Source of the DNA: an uncultured Flavihumibacter sp.
Lineage (GTDB): Bacteria > Bacteroidota > Bacteroidia > Chitinophagales > Chitinophagaceae
Reading direction: 5' to 3'
DNA length: 64,000 nucleotides
Assembly (NCBI GenBank): GCA_902168105.1
Contig: CABHOY010000052.1
Location: 987 to 64,986 of the forward strand
The translations under genes were made by a program, and so were the position numbers. Below, piece after piece: positions 28,298 to 37,085 of the stretch. A model generated the notes under the pieces. The model saw only the letters and a program-made list of their open reading frames with translations, did not search any database and had not been told where the DNA came from. Within the stretch, counting starts at the first letter, position 1. Each line of letters opens with the position of its first letter.

Positions 28298-29821
28298 TCA
28301 GGCCAGTCCCTTCACAATGTATTCCAGAATAAAGTTCCTGAGATGTGAAGCCATAAGCATTTCAGTCTGCTGCCAGGGCAGGGCGGTGTGACGCACGGTT
28401 TGCTGCCAGATGCTGAATGAGTTCCGGGGATGGTACTGAATATTATCTTTTTCAAACTGTACGGCTTCATTAGGATTACCACCCCAATTCACTTCCCTTA
28501 TCACTTCAGGGCGAAAGGCAATAAGGTATTCACCCTTGATCGGTTGTACAGGTATGACCAATATACCACTGGCCAGTTGTGCATATTGGATGGCGGGTTC
28601 ATAAACACCAGGAAGATGCAGCTCCTGCGATACCTGATTGGACTGAGCGCTTTGCAGCCACAGGAACAGGTCTTTCAGGGCGTTCCTGTCGGGCGTCTTA
28701 CCAATGGTTTCCAGGCGCTTGTTATACATCATGGCCACACCCGAAGCATTCAGTAACTGTAGCACATTCACTTCATTACCCAGTAATCCCTGTATCAGAT
28801 CTCCTGCTGTATACACTTGTTCCACCAACCTGGCATGCACCTCATGCAGCTTCGTATGCTCATCCCCTTCTTCCTTATAGTACAGTGACACGATACGCGC
28901 GGCAATGATGTCTGACAACAATTCAAACAATGCCCTGCCCTCATATGGCAGTTGGTATGCGGTGCGATGGTGACAGGAGAACAGGCCCCACAACTGTCCG
29001 TCTTTCAGGATACGACAGGACATAGAAGTCATGATATTCATGTTCTTCATATATTCCAGATGCACGGCCGGCACACTCCGCAGGTTACAGCCTGAAAGAT
29101 CCGTAAAGGCATTGGTCAACGGATTGATAACAGGATACAGGCTAACTGGCACGTAATCCCTGTTGGGGATCATACGGTACGGATTGTGCAGATACATCGC
29201 TCTAGCCTGCCGGGGGATGTCAGATGCCGGGAAAGTTAGTCCGAGGTAGGACTCCATGCCCGGCTCCTGTTCTTCTGCAACAACGGTACCGTTCCAGTCT
29301 TTATCGAATTGGTAAACCATCACCTTGTCATAACCTGACAAAGCCTTCAGTTGCCTGGCCGCTGCCTTACAGGCCTCCGTAATGGTAGGCGCTGCATTGA
29401 TGGCGGCCATAGCATATTTCAGTCGCTGATAGATGCTGATAAACGAGTTCTCCTTCTGCTGTTCTCCCGGCGGCTCTATTTCGAGCAGCATAGACTCCCC
29501 TGACAGGTGTATCACGGCCAGGTAATCTTTCCGGCTAGCGCTGGTAGAAACGGTAAGCGTAAAAGGTAATTTATCTACTAGTCCCTCTTCCAGCTTTTGC
29601 CGCAGTTCTTCCATCTGTGTAGCAGGAATATAATCGGAGAGAGATGTGTCCACCACTTCTGCAGGTGGCAGCCCTAATGCGGCTGAAATATTTTCACTAA
29701 CCTGGAAGATCTTGTAGTCGGTTTTTCTGATGACCAGTAAAAAGCCATAAGGCTGAATGAGATTAATCTGATGCAATGGCACACTCCCACAGAAGGCAGC
29801 GTCAAAATTCTGGTTTTGCAT
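28298..29821 (-). CDS. bphP: Bacteriophytochrome photosensory core only (PAS2-GAF-PHY), no output domain
   Basis: N-terminal Cys11 in FCGSVPLHQINLIQPYG (BV-binding position of BphPs); PASDIP, LRSV..VHLEYM, LWGLFSCHH, tongue WGG...PRNSF; ends just after the PHY helix. Confidence 0.92.
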   Translation of the reverse strand: MQNQNFDAAFCGSVPLHQINLIQPYGFLLVIRKTDYKIFQVSENISAALGLPPAEVVDTSLSDYIPATQMEELRQKLEEGLVDKLPFTLTVSTSASRKDYLAVIHLSGESMLLEIEPPGEQQKENSFISIYQRLKYAMAAINAAPTITEACKAAARQLKALSGYDKVMVYQFDKDWNGTVVAEEQEPGMESYLGLTFPASDIPRQARAMYLHNPYRMIPNRDYVPVSLYPVINPLTNAFTDLSGCNLRSVPAVHLEYMKNMNIMTSMSCRILKDGQLWGLFSCHHRTAYQLPYEGRALFELLSDIIAARIVSLYYKEEGDEHTKLHEVHARLVEQVYTAGDLIQGLLGNEVNVLQLLNASGVAMMYNKRLETIGKTPDRNALKDLFLWLQSAQSNQVSQELHLPGVYEPAIQYAQLASGILVIPVQPIKGEYLIAFRPEVIREVNWGGNPNEAVQFEKDNIQYHPRNSFSIWQQTVRHTALPWQQTEMLMASHLRNFILEYIVKGLA

Positions 29822-29845
29822 AAAGAGTGAATGGGTTAAAAGTTG

Positions 29846-30424
29846 TTACTGCAGGTCCTGTTGCCGTACTGCCCACGATTTGAATTTTAAGAACGTATCG
29901 GCAGCAGCGTCCAGCATTCGTTGCCGTTGTTCTTCACTGCCATTGTATCCCTGAAGGTAGTGCACAAATGTGTCCCAGTAAGATTGAGTATCAGTTCCAT
30001 ATCCGTTGAAAAAGGTCAGCGACTTTGATAATTCAGGAACGGTCAGATTGCGTATCAGTATCTGGCTGATCACCTGTCCGCCCAATGTAGACCCTTCCAG
30101 TACATACATCACGCCCAGGGCCTGTGCCGCATCGGCGATCTCCGGCAGGTCTGTGCTCGTGGCAGGCGGGGTTGCATGCGCACCACTGATAGCGGAAATG
30201 TCGTCAAGTAAAAGAGCAGCCTTCCTCCGTCGTTCAAATCCCCCAGGGAATGAGATATCCATATGAGCAGCAATATGCTGCTCCAGCGGATAATAAAATC
30301 CGTAGAACAGTTCTAATAACCTGACATATTTTTCAGGCGTATTCACATTCTTAATAATGGGGATAAGTACACGTTCCAGCTCCTGGTGCTGTTTGCCCGT
30401 ACGCTCCCTTAACAATTCTATCAT
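29846..30424 (-). CDS. bphO: Biliverdin-producing heme oxygenase
   Basis: LRERTGKQHQELE proximal His and YVLEGSTLGG motif; 24 nt upstream of bphP. Confidence 0.92.
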   Translation of the reverse strand: MIELLRERTGKQHQELERVLIPIIKNVNTPEKYVRLLELFYGFYYPLEQHIAAHMDISFPGGFERRRKAALLLDDISAISGAHATPPATSTDLPEIADAAQALGVMYVLEGSTLGGQVISQILIRNLTVPELSKSLTFFNGYGTDTQSYWDTFVHYLQGYNGSEEQRQRMLDAAADTFLKFKSWAVRQQDLQ

Positions 30425-30500
30425 TGTCTATACAGTTGCTAAGTTGTCGAGAGTAGTTAAAAGTACGGTGAATTAACGTCAGGGCCGTGTGGAAAGATTT

Positions 30501-30950
30501 CTACGGTAGTTGTACCACTGTAAACCAGTAAGTATGCAGCATGCGGGTAAACGCCACCAGATCTGAAAAGTTGGCCGGTTTGATGGTGTAGCTATTAACG
30601 CCCAGCTCATAACATTTTGATATATCCTTTGCTTCCGTGGAGGTGGTCAGGATAATAATGGGTAACCATTTTAGGTTGGCATGTTCTTTTATCTCCCGCA
30701 AAGCTTCTCGTCCGTCTTTACGGGGCATATTCAGGTCCAGCAATATGATACTGGGGAAAGGAAACTTTTCTTCATCTGCATATTTTCCCTGCCTGTTCAG
30801 ATAAAACATCAATTCTTCTCCATTCTCCACAAAACGCAATTCAATGTCAGCACCACTTTCCTCAAATGCCACCTTAATGAGTTCCCTGTCGTCTGCGTCG
30901 TCATCTGCCACAAGTATACATTTCCTGTTACGTAGCACCTTTTTGATCAT
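30501..30950 (-). CDS. Single-domain response regulator, Rcp1/BphR type
   Basis: ADDD acidic pocket, IILLDLNMPRKDGRE, IIILTTS, YTIKP and C-terminal YWFTVVQLP, matching the Rcp1-type phytochrome RR pattern. Confidence 0.9.
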   Translation of the reverse strand: MIKKVLRNRKCILVADDDADDRELIKVAFEESGADIELRFVENGEELMFYLNRQGKYADEEKFPFPSIILLDLNMPRKDGREALREIKEHANLKWLPIIILTTSTEAKDISKCYELGVNSYTIKPANFSDLVAFTRMLHTYWFTVVQLP

Positions 30951-31027
30951 CCAGTTTTAATATTTAACGGCTAAAATTACTTAAATAAACTTGCAAAATG
31001 TTAAGAGAATGGGCAAATTGTGCCTTA

Positions 31028-31054
31028 GGTCCCATTCTCTCTGAGAATGGGACC
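31028..31054. other. 12-bp stem hairpin upstream of the phytochrome cassette
   Basis: ggtcccattctc-tct-gagaatgggacc; no U-tract on either strand. Confidence 0.8.
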
Positions 31055-31149
31055 GTTAAAGGACTTATTAAATTAAATGAAACTTTATTGCTGTGACTGA
31101 AAGTCAGATCTGGGCTTAACAAACAGCACTTTTAATTAGGAAGCTGCTG

Positions 31150-31157
31150 CAAAGATA
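31150..31157 (-). promoter_or_regulatory. -7 box (TATCTTTG), candidate promoter of the RR-bphO-bphP-cheBR-HK cassette
   Basis: Exact TAnnTTTG on the minus strand, 200 nt upstream of the RR start. Confidence 0.5.
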
Positions 31158-31217
31158 ACCGCGGCTTACCTAAACGATTGATCAAATCGGGAAAAAACAT
31201 TACGATATAAGGAAATA

Positions 31218-32708
31218 TCAACGCAGTTTCAACCTCGATTCTATCATACCATTGAAGGAGGCCGGCCCCATGTGTACGACAGGCTCCACCGGACCAGTAC
31301 GCAGTCCTGACGGATGCCCCTTAATGTAATTCAGCGATGCCATAACACAGGTTTCACCCGGATCGCCAAAATCATGTCTTATATCATCTTCCGCCGGTAT
31401 ATCCACCTGCATACCATGGAAATAATCCCCATCTCCATTTGCATTCTGCATATAAAAATTAGATAAGTATACGGTGTATTTGTCGATGCTGATGCCAAAG
31501 AAACCAACCGGTTTGCCATAGGTGTTCGCCCCAACCAGTTTTACCGGCATGTGGGGTTTCAGACTGTTAATAACCAGCTCACTTGCAGATGCAGTACTAC
31601 CACTCACAATAAACACTACCTGCTTCACAGTATTAAGGCCGCCTTTATCGGAGAACTTGAAAGTGTTTGTTGCAACGCTGAAATCCAGGTCTGCATAAGT
31701 GGCCCAATGATCGTTCCACATAACAGGGTTGCCCTGCGCATCACGATACAACTGCTGTTTTAGTATAGGCGCCTGACCGTTCTGCAACAAGTTATTGAAG
31801 TACTCAACATACATCACCTTACCGTTCAGCGAAGCCGGAGCTATTTGATTGATCATATATTCTGCAGACTCTGTAAAGCCGCCACCGTTATATCGCAGGT
31901 CAACTATCAGAGAGGTGACGCCCGCAGTAGTGAACCGCGAAAATGCATTATCTATAGCAGCTTGTGTTACAGGAAGACTGGAGAAACGGCTATACGCAAT
32001 ATATCCTACTTTCTGCCCTCCTGCATTGAGCACTGTATCTTTCAGTACTGCCGATGATGTATAATCCGCTTTTGTCAGCGTTACAGTGCTTGGTACCCCG
32101 ATGCTTTTCTCAACCGTCAGCGTTACAGTGGCTCTATCCAGTGCAGCCATTATAAAGGAACCGGAAGACGCGTTAACGGTAGTTCCATTTACTGTCAGTA
32201 CTTTCATTCCCCTGGTTAGACCAGCGTTAGCTGCAGGAGAAGCGGGATGAACGATATTAATGCGAACGTCGGCATCACCGGCGGCAGAAAGCCCCAGCCC
32301 GAAGTCATCTCCTTTATCGTTCAGGTCAATCGTCCCCTTTCTTCCGCCAGTAAGACTTTCTTCTGTTATGAATGAATATTTTGGATGGTTGGGAAAGCCC
32401 GAATACTCATAAGGCTCCCCGGTAAGAGGATTGATCTTGAATTGTGTAATAGCATAAAGCTCCCGTTGGTAGTTATAGAAAACATCACTACCGGTCGCAT
32501 ACTGCCTGGGTTTAAAGACATCAACTGCCGGTATTGCATCGTACCAGAGATAGATCTGCTGTGCATAAAGATACAGGGAGTCCAGTGTCAGCTGTTCCCG
32601 GCTACCTTCTGCAGGCGTGGGAGGAGGGTCTGACCCGTTATTTTTTTTACAGGCAAACAATAACATGGACAGGAACAATAATTGGATCAGGGAATTTCTC
32701 TTTTTCAC
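31218..32708 (-). CDS. S41 family peptidase lipoprotein with PDZ domain
   Basis: LLFAC lipobox, PDZ HPASPAANAGL, IVDLRYNGGG, STASASE catalytic Ser and TYGKPVG. Confidence 0.9.
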   Translation of the reverse strand: MKKRNSLIQLLFLSMLLFACKKNNGSDPPPTPAEGSREQLTLDSLYLYAQQIYLWYDAIPAVDVFKPRQYATGSDVFYNYQRELYAITQFKINPLTGEPYEYSGFPNHPKYSFITEESLTGGRKGTIDLNDKGDDFGLGLSAAGDADVRINIVHPASPAANAGLTRGMKVLTVNGTTVNASSGSFIMAALDRATVTLTVEKSIGVPSTVTLTKADYTSSAVLKDTVLNAGGQKVGYIAYSRFSSLPVTQAAIDNAFSRFTTAGVTSLIVDLRYNGGGFTESAEYMINQIAPASLNGKVMYVEYFNNLLQNGQAPILKQQLYRDAQGNPVMWNDHWATYADLDFSVATNTFKFSDKGGLNTVKQVVFIVSGSTASASELVINSLKPHMPVKLVGANTYGKPVGFFGISIDKYTVYLSNFYMQNANGDGDYFHGMQVDIPAEDDIRHDFGDPGETCVMASLNYIKGHPSGLRTGPVEPVVHMGPASFNGMIESRLKLR

Positions 32709-32822
32709 CGGGATGGTTTTAAGTTGACTGTAGATAGTACAATCTCATGAAATTACAAAAAAACACCCACTCCCCGGGCGATAGCACATTAAATAAACCC
32801 AGATATTGATAATCAGCACATA

Positions 32823-32870
32823 AGACAAACAAGGGGTGCACCATTCCCATGATGCACCCCTTGTTTGTCT
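32823..32870. terminator. Strong hairpin downstream of hmuY
   Basis: 18-bp stem agacaaacaaggggtgca/tgcaccccttgtttgtct with 12-nt loop. Confidence 0.7.
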
Positions 32871-32959
32871 GTACGATATTACCTGGTGTATTGGTGAAAT
32901 ATAGCTACCGTATCCGGACCTTATATTTCAAACCTGTAGTGATAGTACGATCACGGTTA

Positions 32960-33991
32960 CTATTTGCCGGCTGACTTCACCAGCTTGTATTCAATAACAG
33001 GGTACCCTCTTGTGCCGCCATCGTTCAGTCCCATGCTGACAAATTTCAACTTATAGTAGTTGCCATTGGCGTCTTTTACGATATAGTAGAAGTTCTTGAA
33101 GATACCGTTACCTGTAGTAGCTCTCCAACTGCTACCGATCGCGTCTCGGGTAGATACAAAAGTCTGTGCGGCAATATTTGCCTCCGTAAAATTGTTGTAG
33201 CTCACCACAGCGCTGTCTACTTTCGCAGCAGTTACTCCTGCATACTGATTGATCACCACTAAGTCAGAGAAGAAATAAGGGATCGTCTGCGTGTAATAAG
33301 CTCCATAAGACCAGGCGATGTCCCATTCTGCTTTCTTAGGTTCAACATTTACTGTGTTACTGTTGTCCAGTGAGAAGAAAGTAAAATTGTAACTATTGTC
33401 TTTGCTGATATTAGCAGTTTTGATGGTCGTTTCTTTCAGCTTTGCATACTTCAAAGTATAACCATCGCCATTGCGTGTAACGAGGATCTTATACCAGGTA
33501 GCAGGGTCCGCGACGGATGCATTCTCAGGTTTTACCAGGTATACATGATTGGCGGTCGCTGTAGCAGATACTTCGTCAATCACAGTTTTAGTCAGATCGC
33601 CAAATACATCATCGATCATGCTCAGTGTACCTGCGCCCTGACCAATTGCCATACTAATACCTGCAGTATCGTCAATGTTCACTGCACTGATATCTGTCTT
33701 ACTCAGCTCCACTGCGCTCATAGCAGTAAAACCATTGAGTATGACACGGAACGAAGCGCCTCCATAGAAGCCGAGCGACCAGCTGGCACGTGCTCTTGTT
33801 GCGGTAGAGTCGGAGCTGAAGTCTACGTAAACGGTATTAGGGGAACCAGTACCACCACCGCCGTTCAGCGTTAGCTGAGAACCATCTGAAGGAGGTATCA
33901 CTACGGTGGGATCTTCGTCTTTACTACATGCACTGAATAATCCCGTTCCTATAGCAAGTACGAAGAAAAGTCTGCTGAATTTCATAGCCAT
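32960..33991 (-). CDS. hmuY: HmuY-family heme-binding lipoprotein
   Basis: LFSAC lipobox; NTVYVDFS, WDIAW and YIVKDANGNYYKLKF HmuY motifs; directly downstream of a TBDR. Confidence 0.85.
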   Translation of the reverse strand: MAMKFSRLFFVLAIGTGLFSACSKDEDPTVVIPPSDGSQLTLNGGGGTGSPNTVYVDFSSDSTATRARASWSLGFYGGASFRVILNGFTAMSAVELSKTDISAVNIDDTAGISMAIGQGAGTLSMIDDVFGDLTKTVIDEVSATATANHVYLVKPENASVADPATWYKILVTRNGDGYTLKYAKLKETTIKTANISKDNSYNFTFFSLDNSNTVNVEPKKAEWDIAWSYGAYYTQTIPYFFSDLVVINQYAGVTAAKVDSAVVSYNNFTEANIAAQTFVSTRDAIGSSWRATTGNGIFKNFYYIVKDANGNYYKLKFVSMGLNDGGTRGYPVIEYKLVKSAGK

Positions 33992-34025
33992 CTTTGTTTT
34001 TAATTGTATTTATTTTAATCAATAG

Positions 34026-36125
34026 TTATTTGTTACTGTTCCAGTTAAAACTTAATCCCAGGAAATAAGAACGTCCATACCACATGGGCAAAATGCCTCC
34101 CGCAGTGTGTGCCTGTCCGCTGGTCAAAGTCGAATTATTAATGTTTGTATTATTAAACAGGTTCCTGACGCCGCCATTGACGGTTACATACTTTGTAACA
34201 CTCTTCGTAACTGTAACATCTGCCTGATGGAAAGCTTCTGTCCTGATCTCATGTATAAAAGCAGGTGCATTCGTAGTCGTTACTTCTTCATAAGCCGGAC
34301 GTTCACCATTGAATTTGTAAGAAACATTCAATGCACCACCAATCTTTCTAAAACGATAAGTAATATTGGCATTCACTTCCGGCGTCCAGGTCAATTCCGG
34401 ACTGGGATATGTTTTATTGTATGTCTCATCATCTGCAAACTGGTTATACCGACCTATATAAGACATACCGGCATTCACCTGCAGATTATTCCAGTTCAGC
34501 ATACCACTCAATGTACCGCCGGTGGTTTTAAACTTACTGATGTTCACGTAAGTAGAGGTATCTGAGCCATTGACCGTAGCAATATCTATCCTGTCATTAA
34601 AATCGTTATAGAACCCTGTAGCAGTTACATTAACACGCACGGGGCCTTGCTGTATTGCCTGCCAGCTTACCGACCCTGTAAAGCTGTTTGAATATTCCGC
34701 CTTCAGATCACGGTTTCCTTTTATCGAGTGACTGGCATCAAAGAAATAGAAGTATAATTCTCTCAGGGCAGGCGCTCTGAAACCTCGGGCATACGACAAC
34801 CGCAGGTCCACATTGCTGCGTAGTGCAAACTTCGTATTGATAGACGGGATCACTGGTGGTGCATCGTACACGGAGTTCTTACTTAATCTCAATCCCGGGC
34901 GAATATTCAGCCAGTGTATCGGCTTGATCTCTGCCGAAAAGAACAAGGAGTAATCACTGATGTCAGGCGTACCTAATATCCGCTGACCGGACGAACCATC
35001 CCGACGATATTCAATACCCGGCTGGAATGACCAAACGGGAGACAATTCATATTGAGCCGTACCCCTGAAAAAGATCGTATTGAACTTCGACACATCCTGT
35101 GCTCCTTCATCAGGAGAAAGGGTTTCCGCATTAGTTGTAAAATCTTTGATAGTAGTACGTGTGATCCTTCTGTATTGCTGATAAGAAGCCGTACCATTTA
35201 TACTAAGCCCTTTGTTCAATTGCCACACCGCCTGTGCCTGATGTGTATACCTGTCAGTCAGGTAATGCTGGTCAGTGGCTTTACCATTATCAAAATTGAT
35301 ATCGCCACGGCTGATGATATCTTCATCAAGGTAATCCAGTCGGTACCACACTTTAAAATGATCATTACTATAGCCGAATGAGCCGTTCGCAATCAACTGG
35401 TCCTTCGGTTTCCATGCTTTCTTTCTGCCTGTCAGTGAATCACTCCATCCGCCAAAATCATTGCGGGTAATACCACCTCCTGCGAAGAAGCCTTTGCGTC
35501 CCCATTGAATGCCCAGGTTCTCGTTATGTATACCTTTACCACTGAAAGCCGCATATTCTTTACCCACTGTCTCTTCCTGTATCCTGGCAGTTACTGACAA
35601 TTGGTTACCGCCATGATATTTCTTCGTAATGATATTGATCACACCTGCCAGTGCGTCTGTACCGTATACTACAGACATCGGGCCTTCTACTATCTCAATC
35701 CTTTCTATTGTATTAATATCTATTTGTGTGAGACTTTGCCTGGTGCTGCCTCTGTCTACCAATGGCACACCATCCAGCAATATCTTCACATTTGCGCCTG
35801 ACGTCCCCATGATTTCCACATCAGTTTCTCCCAGTGTAGCATCATTGGAAAAACGTACGCCCAGTTCATTGTCAAGTACACCCAGCACATTGGTAGCTCC
35901 ACGTAATTTCATGTACTCACCGGAGATTGTTCTTACCTGGCAAACAGATTGTTTTAATGATTGCGGTGTATATTGTCCTGTTACCACTACGTCACGTAAA
36001 CGTACTGAATCAGATATAACGGTAGCTGCTGCAGCATTCTTTGCAGATTGCGCCCATGCGCCGTTATACAATGCAATAGAAAGACCCAGCACAATTAGAT
36101 GTGACCTCATAAAGTATAGTAGCAT
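34026..36125 (-). CDS. TonB-dependent heme receptor (HmuR-like)
   Basis: VVVTGQ TonB-box region, IERIEIVEGPMSVVYGTDALAGVINIIT plug, YARGFRAPALRELY, terminal aromatic beta-strand; start may be MRSHL (36110). Confidence 0.88.
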   Translation of the reverse strand: MLLYFMRSHLIVLGLSIALYNGAWAQSAKNAAAATVISDSVRLRDVVVTGQYTPQSLKQSVCQVRTISGEYMKLRGATNVLGVLDNELGVRFSNDATLGETDVEIMGTSGANVKILLDGVPLVDRGSTRQSLTQIDINTIERIEIVEGPMSVVYGTDALAGVINIITKKYHGGNQLSVTARIQEETVGKEYAAFSGKGIHNENLGIQWGRKGFFAGGGITRNDFGGWSDSLTGRKKAWKPKDQLIANGSFGYSNDHFKVWYRLDYLDEDIISRGDINFDNGKATDQHYLTDRYTHQAQAVWQLNKGLSINGTASYQQYRRITRTTIKDFTTNAETLSPDEGAQDVSKFNTIFFRGTAQYELSPVWSFQPGIEYRRDGSSGQRILGTPDISDYSLFFSAEIKPIHWLNIRPGLRLSKNSVYDAPPVIPSINTKFALRSNVDLRLSYARGFRAPALRELYFYFFDASHSIKGNRDLKAEYSNSFTGSVSWQAIQQGPVRVNVTATGFYNDFNDRIDIATVNGSDTSTYVNISKFKTTGGTLSGMLNWNNLQVNAGMSYIGRYNQFADDETYNKTYPSPELTWTPEVNANITYRFRKIGGALNVSYKFNGERPAYEEVTTTNAPAFIHEIRTEAFHQADVTVTKSVTKYVTVNGGVRNLFNNTNINNSTLTSGQAHTAGGILPMWYGRSYFLGLSFNWNSNK

Positions 36126-36370
36126 TAAGTAGCGCTAACGCCTTAGTGTTAGAACAAAAGATCCCTTTGCCGTAATACTACGATAGCAGTACAACGGCCC
36201 ATGCGGATGCATTACCAGTGTTAATGAAATATGTTATTGTATTACACGAACTGCAGCGGAGATTACAGTTATAGTGCAATATTGGCGGAGTAATAATACA
36301 TGCAAAGTAAGCATGCGGCGGACAAATAAGTTTATCTATTCAGGAAATTGATTTACGCGAAAAGGAAAAT

Positions 36371-36688
36371 CTACCTGATCAATTCATATACCTGTTGGAG
36401 CAATACGGCCTCGTGCAACGCTTCTTTCATATTCAACCACTCCTGTTGGGTAAAAGTAAAACTGATATCCCGGCACGGAGAATGTACCACTATCCGCTCT
36501 TCACCATCAGGGAACATCATACTGCAGTCGTAAAATTCCTGGTGCTCCAGTGTTTCATAAAACAACTGGAAATCCTGCGGTGTAAAATTCAGGACCAGGT
36601 TATTGTGCCAGATATATACTGTCTGGCAATTGGCACAATGGCTGATATGAGCCTGTTTCTTAGCGCACAATGTTCTGATATCGCACAT
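36371..36688 (-). CDS. Small Cys/His-rich conserved protein (DUF6686-like)
   Basis: 105 aa; HISHCANCQTVYIWHNN N-terminus; lies inside the heme locus. Confidence 0.65.
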   Translation of the reverse strand: MCDIRTLCAKKQAHISHCANCQTVYIWHNNLVLNFTPQDFQLFYETLEHQEFYDCSMMFPDGEERIVVHSPCRDISFTFTQQEWLNMKEALHEAVLLQQVYELIR

Positions 36689-37012
36689 ATTATTTTTTAT
36701 TTAAGGGTTCAGTTACAAACACAGCACTCCTTACGGAGCGCTGTGCCGGAAATATCTGGCCTGCCGTAGCCGAACACCTATCTGTAACACCGGCTGGCAT
36801 TGAGGATTACTTCACTGAGAAGTTTTCAAGGATAGTAAAATACTTTTTTGGAGCTAGCAAACAATGAACATTTGCAGCAGCATTATTTAGTATGAATCAA
36901 TCACTCTTTACGCAATTCAAAAATAACAACTAGTGTTTATGACGGATGCTCAAATGAGGAAAACGATTTGTCTATTAGGGAAAATATCAAATACCGGACG
37001 TGACCTATAAAA

Positions 37013-37048
37013 AAGAGAGATTAAACGCTCACGCATTTAATCTCTCTC
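37013..37048 (-). terminator. Hairpin after hemS
   Basis: agagagattaaa/tttaatctctct stem with an A-run on the + side. Confidence 0.65.
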
Positions 37049-37085
37049 CAACAGTTTAACAATATTACAAGGCTAAGACCACAAA

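Noticed and set aside
28247-28300. bphP and the CheBR kinase are in the same frame, suggesting one fusion gene with a premature stop
   Set aside because: The 51-nt spacer has two further in-frame TGA codons and the kinase has its own ATG in an AT-rich context.
36880-36905. Possible iron-repressor box (TTATTTAGTATGAATC) in the heme locus
   Set aside because: Only a half-palindrome, and no matching second copy was found upstream of hmuT or ferritin.
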